Shown in pieces: positions 9,522-18,141 of a stretch of 64,000 nt of DNA (position 1 is its first letter; each line of letters begins with the position of its first letter). Under the pieces are notes generated by a model. It searched no databases. It saw only the letters and a program-made list of their open reading frames with translations, and had not been told where the DNA came from. The stretch spans positions 3,882-67,881 of the forward strand of contig CAZLMW010000005.1 in the NCBI GenBank assembly GCA_964560875.1, read 5' to 3'. The DNA comes from an uncultured Enterobacteriaceae bacterium. GTDB lineage: Bacteria > Myxococcota_A > UBA9042. Both the position numbers and the translations under genes were made by a program.

Positions 9522-11699
9522 ATGAACCAGACACGCACACGGCTGCCCGTGATGGCGATTGGAGTCGCCGTGTTGACCGCGTCGATGTTCGCAGCAAACG
9601 CCTTCGCGGCACCGACCACCATCGCGATCGAGGGCGTCATGAGCGCGACCGGAGGCGGCGCGGCTCCCGATGGCTCGTACGTCATGTATTTCCGCCTCTA
9701 CGACGGCAAAGACGCCAAGAAAGCGGCCTGGCAAGAGGGCCCGGTCGCGCTCGTCATCAAGGGCGGCCGATTTGGTCACGCGCTCGGGACGACCAAGGCT
9801 ATCTCCGCCACAGCGCTGGCCGCGCTCGCCAAGCCGTGGCTCGGGATCTCCATCAACCAGGAGCCCGAGATGAAGCGGGTTCCGGTCCACGCCGTGCCAT
9901 ACGCCCGCGTCGCTGCCCGCGCCGGCGCGCTCGATTGCAAGGACTGTGTAGGAGCCAAGCACATCGCCGCCGGCTCGGTCGGTCCGTCCGACGTCGGGTT
10001 CGCCTACGCCGCCGCCGCCGATGGCATCAAGGGCGGCCCGGCCAAGTCTGCCAAGACGCTCGCGTGCACCGGCTGCGTGACCAACAAGCACCTGAAGTTC
10101 ACGGGCGACCTCAACCTCGGCAAATACGGGCTCAAGGCCGGCAAGGTCACCGCGACGTCGGTCGTGGCCAGCACCATCACGGCGGGCAAATACGTTGGCG
10201 ATGGCTCGGCGCTCACCGGCATCCAGATCCCCAGCGGTAAGTGCCCGGCCGGCAAAGTCGTCAGCGGAATCGACGCCACCGGCAAGCTCATCTGCGCCAT
10301 CGCGATGGACCCCAAGGCGCTGCCCGCCGACGGCCTCGACGAGATCAGCAACGGCCTGCTGCACAACCAGTTCGTCGACGAAGCCAAGAGCAAGGCGCCG
10401 GTCAAGATCCCCGACAACAACCCGACCGGTATCTCCAACACCATTGTCTTCCCCGACGTTGGCATCGCGCAGAAGCTTTGGGTCACCGCCAACATCACCA
10501 ACAGCAACATCGCGCAGGTCGAGGTGTCGCTGAAGGCCCCCAACGGCGCGAGCTACCTGTTGTGGAAGAAGGGCACCGGCAACAAGGGCGGCAAGATCGC
10601 GACATCCTGGCCGACGCCAACCAAGACGGTGAGCGGCAACCTCGCCGCGTGGCACGGCAAAAACCCCAAGGGCAAATGGACGCTGACCGTGAAGGACTCG
10701 GGCTTTCTCAACAACCAAACCGACGGGGCCATCAACAGCTGGTCGGTCAAGATCCAGACGCTGAGCAGCAAGAAAGTCGCCGCGTCCGGCCTGCTGCAAG
10801 CCAACGGGGGACTTCAGCTGCTGCGCACCGACAAGCCTCCGCGCGCATGTGACCAGTCTGCGTTCGGCCTGATGTACGCCAGCCCCAAGAACAACGCGAT
10901 CATGATCTGCAACGGCAAGGAGTGGTTCCCGCTGCTGATGGCCGCGTACGGCACGCAGAACAGCCCGGCCGCCAGCTGCAAGGACCTGCTGACCAAGGCG
11001 CCGTTGACCAAATCGGGCGTGTACTGGCTCGATACCGATGGCCTGGGCGGCGAAGTGCCGTGGCAGACCTGGTGCGACATGGATAACGACGGCGGCGGCT
11101 GGACCCTGGCCATCAAGGGGACGCTCAAGGGCAGCTATAACGGCAGCAAAAACCAGCAGCTCAGCGCGTCCAAGGGCTTCATGTACGCGTTCAACCGGGT
11201 CAAGTTCCGAGACGTCCTCGTCAAGCCCGGCAACTACCAGACCAGCCCGCATTGGGTGACCTTTCACAAGGTTGGGGACAGCACCAGCACGCTGGACACG
11301 CGCATCCAAAAGGGCACCCCCGGCAAGAGCTACAGCGTCGACTACAACGTCAGCGCACCGTACAAGCGGACCAACGCCAGCAAGAGCCTCGCGAGCGTGC
11401 CCGAAATGCAGGCCCTGTCGCTGCGGATGAGCCAAACGTCCGGGCCCAACGACGCAATGTTCTTCGTCGTCACCCGCACCTCGCGCGGCTCGTGCAACAG
11501 CTACAACCCGACCGGCACCTACCGCTACGTCACCGGCAGCGGCAAGTGCATCGGCGTCCAGCTCGGTTTCCGGTCCGGCAACTACACGTGGAGCAGCTGG
11601 AAGACCCGCACCGACTGGTCGACCGGCTGCGGCGTGGCCGGCTACTGGAACGGCTCGGAGACCAATTGCACGTCCTCGGGCGCGGTTTTCGTCCGCTGA
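9522..11699 (+). CDS. Secreted protein with a proprotein-convertase P-domain and a C-terminal fibrinogen-related domain (FReD)
   Basis: Signal peptide (AFAAP). P-domain-like GKWTLTVKDSGFLNNQTDGAINSWSVKIQTL. FReD core SCKDLLTKAPLTKSGVYWLDTDG...WQTWCDMDNDGGGWTLAIKG. Paralog of 59560-61947. Confidence 0.7.
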   Translation: MNQTRTRLPVMAIGVAVLTASMFAANAFAAPTTIAIEGVMSATGGGAAPDGSYVMYFRLYDGKDAKKAAWQEGPVALVIKGGRFGHALGTTKAISATALAALAKPWLGISINQEPEMKRVPVHAVPYARVAARAGALDCKDCVGAKHIAAGSVGPSDVGFAYAAAADGIKGGPAKSAKTLACTGCVTNKHLKFTGDLNLGKYGLKAGKVTATSVVASTITAGKYVGDGSALTGIQIPSGKCPAGKVVSGIDATGKLICAIAMDPKALPADGLDEISNGLLHNQFVDEAKSKAPVKIPDNNPTGISNTIVFPDVGIAQKLWVTANITNSNIAQVEVSLKAPNGASYLLWKKGTGNKGGKIATSWPTPTKTVSGNLAAWHGKNPKGKWTLTVKDSGFLNNQTDGAINSWSVKIQTLSSKKVAASGLLQANGGLQLLRTDKPPRACDQSAFGLMYASPKNNAIMICNGKEWFPLLMAAYGTQNSPAASCKDLLTKAPLTKSGVYWLDTDGLGGEVPWQTWCDMDNDGGGWTLAIKGTLKGSYNGSKNQQLSASKGFMYAFNRVKFRDVLVKPGNYQTSPHWVTFHKVGDSTSTLDTRIQKGTPGKSYSVDYNVSAPYKRTNASKSLASVPEMQALSLRMSQTSGPNDAMFFVVTRTSRGSCNSYNPTGTYRYVTGSGKCIGVQLGFRSGNYTWSSWKTRTDWSTGCGVAGYWNGSETNCTSSGAVFVR

Positions 11700-11726
11700 G
11701 CCGTCGAGCTCAAAATCGGGATCAGG

Positions 11727-11858
11727 CGGTAGGACTGGTTCTACGGGCCGATCTCGCCTCGAAGCTGTTAATACCAAGCCCCCCTGCCAAAACCGCTCCA
11801 GCGGCTTCTACGTGGCTTAGAGAGGCATATGGCTCCAAAAAACGCCCCCGCGGACGGT
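11727..11858 (+). repeat. About 130-nt structured intergenic repeat element, copy 1
   Basis: About 85% identical to the reverse complement of 36912-37052. Contains hairpin-forming TCTACGGG arms and a GGCATATGGC box. Confidence 0.6.
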
Positions 11859-12001
11859 GTGCGGAGGCGAATTCGGCCGGCTAGCCCCGGCTAGCCCGAG
11901 CGATGCGTGCGCTGAGGCCGTGACCGCGAAACAGTCGTCCTGGAGCCTACCTACGCGCTACAATGACGGTCATGGTCATACCTGCTGCTGGCTCGCCCCG
12001 G

Positions 12002-13555
12002 ATGGTTACCGGGAGTTGTGCACGCGTATGCGCGACGATTGTCTTCGTCGTTGCCGGCCTTGGCTCGTGCGGGCAGCGCGCTGAAGACACCAATGGCCTG
12101 GCCAGCGGAGACTTGGACGCGACCGACGGCAACACGGCGGTCCAGCCCACGGATTCGTTCGACGCCGACGTCGCAAACGGCGGCGGTTCAGTCGACGTTG
12201 GCGCGAAGGCGTGCGTCGAGCTTCATCCCAAAGGGACCGTGCCGTTCGTCGCGAAGATCAACACGACGCAGAAACGGACGTTCGAGCTAAGCAACTGCGG
12301 CGATCTCGCCGTCGACATCACGCGAATCCGATGGGATCCGCAGCTTCCACAGCCGCTCTCGTTCACCCTCGAGCTCTCTGGCTTGAAGGCGACCTGGCCC
12401 TCGATCGACGAAACCGACGGACCGACCCTCACCAAACCGGCGACCCTTTTGCCCGGCGCCAAGGTGTCGTTCGCGGTCGTCTACAAGCCGACGCAGGTCG
12501 CCCCGACCTACCCCGATGGCAAACCGATCCCCGAAGAAGCGCACGTCATTGTCCGCCACGCCGCATCCGCCCAGCCTCTGCGACTGCACCTCACCGGCCA
12601 AGGCGTCAAACACGTTTGCCCGGTCGCGTTTGCGCAGGCCAAAGAGGGCACGGCCGTCATCCCCAACACCATGCTTCACCTCAAGGGCAGCGCGTCGTAC
12701 GCCGCCATCGGGTCGCTGAAGAAGTGGAGCTGGACGGTCAAGCAGCCGAGCGGATCCAACCAGGTGTTCGTGCCCGGCCCGAGCTTCCCCGACCCGACGT
12801 TCACCACCAACGCCGCGGGCGATTACGAATTCTGCCTCGAGGTGTTCGACGATGAAGGCCGCAAGAGCTGCCATCCGTCGTGCGTCACCGTGTCCGTGGT
12901 TGTGGAGGCCAGCATCCACGTGGAGCTGCTGTGGAAGACGCCCGCCGACCCCGACGAAACGGATACGGGACCGGCCGCCGGGGCCAACATGGACCTGCAC
13001 TTCGCCCATCCCAAGGCGTACGGTCCCGACCGCGATTGTGACAACGTCCCCGATCCGTGGTTCTCCGTGCCGTTCGACGTCTTCTGGTTCAATCCGAAGC
13101 CAAAATGGCACGCCAATCCCAAGGCGCCTACTGCGGCGTGGCTGGATGTCGACGACACCGACGGAGCAGGTCCTGAGAACATCGTGCTCGACGACCCGCA
13201 AGGCCAGGTCAGCAAACCGATGGCCTACGATATTGGTGTGCACTATCGCAACGACCATGGCTTCCAGACGTCCTACGCGACCGTCAACGTCTACATCCTG
13301 GGCGTGCTCGCGCTGCAAATCAGCAAGGTCAAGATGAATGTGCTGGATATGTGGCATGTCGGCCGGATCAACTGGCCCAACACCATGGCGCAAGGCGTGC
13401 TCGATCCCTTTCACATCTGCTACCAGTCGGGCGACCCGTGCAAGGGCGGCAAGAAGTGGCGGCTCAAGGGCGACTACTGCATCGCCCGGTGCTACCTGCC
13501 CAAGGCTTTCGCGAAGTACGCGTCGACGCTCGGCTGGGGCAGCTGCAAGAAATGA
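12002..13555 (+). CDS. Hypothetical lipoprotein with a PKD-like domain
   Basis: Lipobox AGLGSCG (ATG at 12002; an upstream in-frame ATG at 11963 is possible). PKD-like segment WSWTVKQPSGSNQVFVPGPSFPDPTFTTNAAGDYEFCLEVFDDEG. The stop overlaps the next start. Confidence 0.6.
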   Translation: MVTGSCARVCATIVFVVAGLGSCGQRAEDTNGLASGDLDATDGNTAVQPTDSFDADVANGGGSVDVGAKACVELHPKGTVPFVAKINTTQKRTFELSNCGDLAVDITRIRWDPQLPQPLSFTLELSGLKATWPSIDETDGPTLTKPATLLPGAKVSFAVVYKPTQVAPTYPDGKPIPEEAHVIVRHAASAQPLRLHLTGQGVKHVCPVAFAQAKEGTAVIPNTMLHLKGSASYAAIGSLKKWSWTVKQPSGSNQVFVPGPSFPDPTFTTNAAGDYEFCLEVFDDEGRKSCHPSCVTVSVVVEASIHVELLWKTPADPDETDTGPAAGANMDLHFAHPKAYGPDRDCDNVPDPWFSVPFDVFWFNPKPKWHANPKAPTAAWLDVDDTDGAGPENIVLDDPQGQVSKPMAYDIGVHYRNDHGFQTSYATVNVYILGVLALQISKVKMNVLDMWHVGRINWPNTMAQGVLDPFHICYQSGDPCKGGKKWRLKGDYCIARCYLPKAFAKYASTLGWGSCKK

Positions 13556-15909
13556 GCACGATGTTTCGATGGTTGCTGGTCGGTGTCGCGGTGGCGACGC
13601 TGGCGGCCTGTTCGCAAGCCGAAGAGGGTGACGAAGCCGACGGCATTGCGGTTGACCTCGCGGCCCAGGACATGGTCTCGGCGGGACAGGACGTGCACGA
13701 CGCCGGACTTGAAGACGGTGCAGCCAGCGAGGTCAGCGGGTTTGACGACGTCGGACCGTTTGTGGATGCGCCGAATGACACCGGGTCGACCGCGGCCGAT
13801 GTGGCGCCGACAGATACAAATCCGGCCGAGCTGATCAAGTGCAACAAGCCCAGCTACTGCACCAAGTTCAAGCCAACACCAATCTGCGATCTGGTGACTG
13901 GCTATTGCGTGCAGTGCCTTATCGACATGCATTGCATCTATCGCTCGCCGAGCAAGCCAACCTGCACGAACAAGGTGTGCACCAAGTGGGGCAAAAACGA
14001 GCCCTGCAAGCCCGGCAGCACGTTGTGCGGCGGCAAGCACGTGCTGATGGTCTGTGGCAAGGACAGTCAGTGGCAGCCCCAGCTCTGTCCTGAGATCGCG
14101 CCCGTCTGCATTGCCGGCCAATGCCGCGATTGCGTTGCCAACCAGCCCTACTGCGCCAAACCGGAGGCCGGCCAGCCGTCTAAAGCCCTGATGAAGTGCG
14201 ACGCGACCGGCAAGGGCAGCCTGCTCAAGGTCTGCGGGGCCAAGGAGTTGTGCGTCAACGGGCAGTGCGTGATGTGCCCGCCCGGCAATTTCACGTGCGA
14301 TGGCGACAAGGCGATGGTGTGCAACGCCGCCGGCAGCCAGCTTTCGTTGAAGGAGGATTGCGCCAAGACCGGCAACGTCTGCGTCGCGGGAACATGCGTT
14401 GACCCGTGCAAGTCCCCGACCGGCAGCATCTGCGTGCGCGCGGCTGTGGATCTCGACATGGCGGCGCTGCCCATCCCCGGTCAGACCAGCAAGACGGCGG
14501 CGGGGCTGCCGGTTGAAGCGCTGTTGAGCAACCCATCGAGCAGCGACGGGACGATTCTCGCGACCGCCGCGAGTGGACAGACCCACAAAGACACAATCAA
14601 GGCGGGCAAGGGCTTGACGATGCAGCTGCCGGTCGCTGCTTGGAACTTGCCGGCGTGGAGCCAGGACGGTTCGACCATCAACAACTACAGCGCGCGCGTC
14701 GACGTCGGTAAACACACGACCATGCACCTGCACAAGCGATCGGTCGGGGTTGCGCCACGGACGGCGGCGATGGCGCTTTCGTTCCCCATGGCGCTGCTTG
14801 GCAAGAAGTACTGGATCGTCGCGGGCGATCACCCGTGGCCGAAGATGCGCTCGTTCGTCACCATCGTAGCGGTCGAAAGCGGCTTGACGTCCCTGCAGTT
14901 GGTGCCGTCTACGAAGTTGCTCAGCGGCGGCGGGATGGGTCAGTCGATCCCGGCGCCATCCAGCTACAAGCTAACGAAAGGGCAGGTCCTGACAGTTGAG
15001 TCCGACGTCTTGGGGGGCGGGCTGACAGGATCGTTTGTCATGGCGAGCAACCCCATCGCGGTGTTCGCTGGCGGCGAGGCGGCGACGGTTCCGCGAACCA
15101 ACCGGTGCGTGAAGCAGGCCGGCAAGGTCAAGGGCGCGTGCGCCACAAAGGGGTGGGCGTGTGCCACCGACGCCGACTGCCCACGGACGTGTTGCGAAGA
15201 TGCGGTGCACGAGCAGCTGCTGCCGGTGTCGCGGTGGGGGACCATCTACCCGCTGGCCGCATTTGCGCCGCGCGGCAAGGCCAAGGACACCTGGACAGTC
15301 ATCGCCGCGCACAGCAACACGATCGTCCAGACCTTCCCGCAGGTCGCGACAATCCCGCCGCTCAACCAAGGCCAGGCCTATTCATTCGACGCCTCGGGCA
15401 TGTTTGTGCTCAAGGCCAACAAGCCCGTCATGGTCGCCCACGCTATGAGTGGCAAAGCTGCGCCCGACGCCAATCCGGACATGTGCGCGCCCGGTGCCGC
15501 CAACGTTTGCATGTGGCATCACAGCAACAAAGTGTCGACGAAGCCGTGCAAGCACCATGTCGACTGTCCGAATATCCCCCAGGCGGACGATGCAAAAGTC
15601 GGTGGGCCGGCGCTGTCGATCGCTATGCCACCCACGCTGCATGCCAAGAGCCACGCTTTCACGGTGCCGGAGGGGTACGACAAGGCGTGGGTGACCATCA
15701 TCTGCGAGAAGGGCGATGTCGCCGTGGACGGCAAGAAGATCGCGGCGGCGGCTTGGCAGACGATCCCGTCGCAGCCGTGGAAAGTCGCGAGGGTTGCTAT
15801 GAAACCCGGAACGCACGTCGTCAAAGCAGACGATCCGTGCGGTGCGGAGATCCACGGGTGGAACGCCGATGCGGGGTGGGCCACGACCGCGGCCGTCGGT
15901 GGTTGGTGA
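13552..15909 (+). CDS. Large cysteine-rich lipoprotein, hypothetical
   Basis: ATG at 13552 overlaps the upstream stop (ATGA). Signal peptide with lipobox LAACSQ. About 30 Cys in the N-terminal EGF/follistatin-like modules. Large C-terminal beta-rich domain. Confidence 0.6.
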   Translation: MSTMFRWLLVGVAVATLAACSQAEEGDEADGIAVDLAAQDMVSAGQDVHDAGLEDGAASEVSGFDDVGPFVDAPNDTGSTAADVAPTDTNPAELIKCNKPSYCTKFKPTPICDLVTGYCVQCLIDMHCIYRSPSKPTCTNKVCTKWGKNEPCKPGSTLCGGKHVLMVCGKDSQWQPQLCPEIAPVCIAGQCRDCVANQPYCAKPEAGQPSKALMKCDATGKGSLLKVCGAKELCVNGQCVMCPPGNFTCDGDKAMVCNAAGSQLSLKEDCAKTGNVCVAGTCVDPCKSPTGSICVRAAVDLDMAALPIPGQTSKTAAGLPVEALLSNPSSSDGTILATAASGQTHKDTIKAGKGLTMQLPVAAWNLPAWSQDGSTINNYSARVDVGKHTTMHLHKRSVGVAPRTAAMALSFPMALLGKKYWIVAGDHPWPKMRSFVTIVAVESGLTSLQLVPSTKLLSGGGMGQSIPAPSSYKLTKGQVLTVESDVLGGGLTGSFVMASNPIAVFAGGEAATVPRTNRCVKQAGKVKGACATKGWACATDADCPRTCCEDAVHEQLLPVSRWGTIYPLAAFAPRGKAKDTWTVIAAHSNTIVQTFPQVATIPPLNQGQAYSFDASGMFVLKANKPVMVAHAMSGKAAPDANPDMCAPGAANVCMWHHSNKVSTKPCKHHVDCPNIPQADDAKVGGPALSIAMPPTLHAKSHAFTVPEGYDKAWVTIICEKGDVAVDGKKIAAAAWQTIPSQPWKVARVAMKPGTHVVKADDPCGAEIHGWNADAGWATTAAVGGW

Positions 15910-15926
15910 GTCGGCTCCACGCCGAT

Positions 15927-16172
15927 TTGCCACGTCGTCAACAAGAAGCCGACCTGCGTGGGAAGTGGGCCTCGAAGTACACATCGTGGACCAAGTCGAG
16001 CTTCAAGAGCCCCGCAGAGTGCAAAGCGTGTGGTACGGAATCGGCGTGCTACATCTGCGCCTACATGTCCAACGCGCGCTGCGCCGGCGCATCTACGACG
16101 TGGGTGAAGTCTGCGTTGAGCAAGGTGAAGTGTTCGCGCTACAAGCTGCCGTGCAAGGACGTCTACCGGTAG
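15927..16172 (+). CDS. Possible small Lys/Cys-rich ORF, or a frameshifted C-terminal extension of the upstream lipoprotein
   Basis: The +3-frame peptide KWASKYTSWTKSSFKSPAECKACGTESACYICAYMSNARCAGASTTWVKSALSKVKCSRYKLPCKDVYR is protein-like. Only a TTG start is available. Confidence 0.3.
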   Translation: MPRRQQEADLRGKWASKYTSWTKSSFKSPAECKACGTESACYICAYMSNARCAGASTTWVKSALSKVKCSRYKLPCKDVYR

Positions 16173-16299
16173 CTGAGCGCTCGAGTCGGCTTGCTCCAAA
16201 AAACGCACCAGCCAGGCAGCGATTCTTCGTTGGATCGGCTAGCGTTGCTGCTACCGCACATCTACCCGACGACAACCCCTGCAACCCGCGACAAATGAC

Positions 16300-18102
16300 A
16301 TGGCTATTAACGTAGACGACCGCCCCAAGACCCTGGTCCACCACATCGAGTACTGGGCCAACAAACAAGGCAGCACGCCAGCGATTCACGGCAAGGTGGA
16401 CGGGCGCTGGCAGCAGATGACGTGGACCGAGTACTGGACCGCCGTTCGCGAGGCCGCCAAGGGCTTCATCGCGATGGGTCACGAGGTCGGTGACTGCGTG
16501 GCGATCGTTGGCGACAACCGCATGGAGTGGGTCGTCTCGCAGTTCGGCATCATGGCCGCGCGCGGCGTTCCGGCGCCGATCTACACCACCAACACGCCCA
16601 GCCAGGTCGCGCACATCCTGCGCAACTCCGAGGCCAAGATCGCGGTCGGTGACACCGGGGCGCAGATCGACAAGTACAAAGAGGCGATGAAGGAAGACGG
16701 CGTGCGCGTCGAACACCTCGTCAGCATGCTCGCGGGCCAGGCCGACGATGCCAAGACCCTCGACGAGCTGCGCGCACTCGGCCGCGAACAGGACGACGCC
16801 GAGCTGGACAAACGCCTCGCCGAGCTGACCGACGACGAGGTCTCGCTGCTCATCTACACGTCCGGTACGACCGGCGTGGCCAAGGGCGTGATGCTCGACC
16901 ACGGCGGTATGCTGGCCATCGCCAAGAGCATGTTCGAGCTCTTCCCGGCGATCGCAGAGCCCGACACCTACCGCTGCGTCAGCTACCTGCCCCTGTGCCA
17001 CGTCGCCGAGCAGCTGTTCACCAACCTGGGCCACCTCGGCAGCGGCGGGCAGGTCTACTTCTGCGGCGACCTCAAGGAGATCCTCGAGTACCTGGTGCAC
17101 GTGCGACCGACGATTTTCCTCGGCGTGCCACGCGTCTGGGAGAAGTTCCAGGCCAAGCTCGAAGCCGGGTTGAACGCCGCCACCGGCATCAAGGCGATCC
17201 TCGCCGGGTGGGCCCGCAAGACGGAGCTCGCCGCACAGCTCGAGGGCATGAAGACGCGGCGGCCGGTCGACACGTTCTGGCGCCGGCTGGCCAACAAGCT
17301 GGTCATCTCCAAGGTGCAGGCCAAGCTCGGGCTCGACCAGGTGCGCTGCGCGGTGACCGGAGCGGCGCCCATCTCCATCGGCACGCTCCAGTTCTTTGCA
17401 AGCCTCGGGATCATCATCCACGAGGGCTACGGCATGTCGGAGACGACCGGCGTGGCGACCGCAAACCCCGTCGGCCGCGCGCGCTTCGGTAGCGTCGGCG
17501 AGCCGCTGTCATGCGTGGAGATCAAGATCGCCGACGACGACGAGATCCTGCTCAAGGGCCGCAACATGACCCGCGGCTACCTGCGTATGCCCGAGAAAAC
17601 GGCCGAGCTCATCGACGACGAAGGCTGGCTGCACACGGGCGATCTCGGCGCGATGGTCGACGGTCGGCTGAAGATCACCGGCCGCAAGAAGGACATCCTG
17701 ATTACCGCCGGCGGCAAGAACGTCGCGCCCGCGGAGATGGAAGCCCACATCCAGCAGATCCCCGGCGTCGGCCAGGCGGTGGTCGTCGGCGATGCCCAGC
17801 CCTACCTGTGCGCGCTGATTACCCTCGACGGTGAGGCGCTCGACGCGCTCCGAAACGCCGCTGGCGTCACCGGTAACACCGTGGCTGAACTGGCCGGGCA
17901 GGACGCCGTGCACAAGTTCATCGACGGCCAGGTGCAGTCAGGCTGCAACACGCTTGTCGCGCGCTACCAGACCATCAAGAAGATCTCGGTGCTGCCCAAC
18001 GAGTTCTCGGTCGACGGCGGTGAGCTGACGCCGACCATGAAGGTCAAGCGCAACGTGGTGGCGAAGAAGTACGCCGAACAGATCAGCGCGTTCTACGCGT
18101 AG
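16300..18102 (+). CDS. Long-chain fatty-acid--CoA ligase (AMP-dependent synthetase)
   Basis: AMP-binding motif LIYTSGTTGVAKGVMLDHGG, and GDLG..DGRLKITGRKKD near the C-terminus; 600 aa. Confidence 0.85.
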   Translation: MAINVDDRPKTLVHHIEYWANKQGSTPAIHGKVDGRWQQMTWTEYWTAVREAAKGFIAMGHEVGDCVAIVGDNRMEWVVSQFGIMAARGVPAPIYTTNTPSQVAHILRNSEAKIAVGDTGAQIDKYKEAMKEDGVRVEHLVSMLAGQADDAKTLDELRALGREQDDAELDKRLAELTDDEVSLLIYTSGTTGVAKGVMLDHGGMLAIAKSMFELFPAIAEPDTYRCVSYLPLCHVAEQLFTNLGHLGSGGQVYFCGDLKEILEYLVHVRPTIFLGVPRVWEKFQAKLEAGLNAATGIKAILAGWARKTELAAQLEGMKTRRPVDTFWRRLANKLVISKVQAKLGLDQVRCAVTGAAPISIGTLQFFASLGIIIHEGYGMSETTGVATANPVGRARFGSVGEPLSCVEIKIADDDEILLKGRNMTRGYLRMPEKTAELIDDEGWLHTGDLGAMVDGRLKITGRKKDILITAGGKNVAPAEMEAHIQQIPGVGQAVVVGDAQPYLCALITLDGEALDALRNAAGVTGNTVAELAGQDAVHKFIDGQVQSGCNTLVARYQTIKKISVLPNEFSVDGGELTPTMKVKRNVVAKKYAEQISAFYA

Positions 18103-18141
18103 CAGTCCGTTTCAAGACAACCGAAGGCCGTCTGCGGCCCG

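Noticed and set aside
9414-11777. 787-aa minus-strand ORF covering the FReD gene
   Set aside because: Antisense to a gene with clear domain signatures. Composition dominated by Ala/Gly/Arg/Val with no motifs.
11829-11894. 21-aa mini-ORF MAPKNAPADGVRRRIRPASPG (and 25-aa counterpart at 36871-36948) as a real peptide gene
   Set aside because: Only the first 10 codons are shared between copies and the rest diverges, so the conservation is better explained by the DNA/RNA element. Kept as part of the repeat finding, not called as a CDS.
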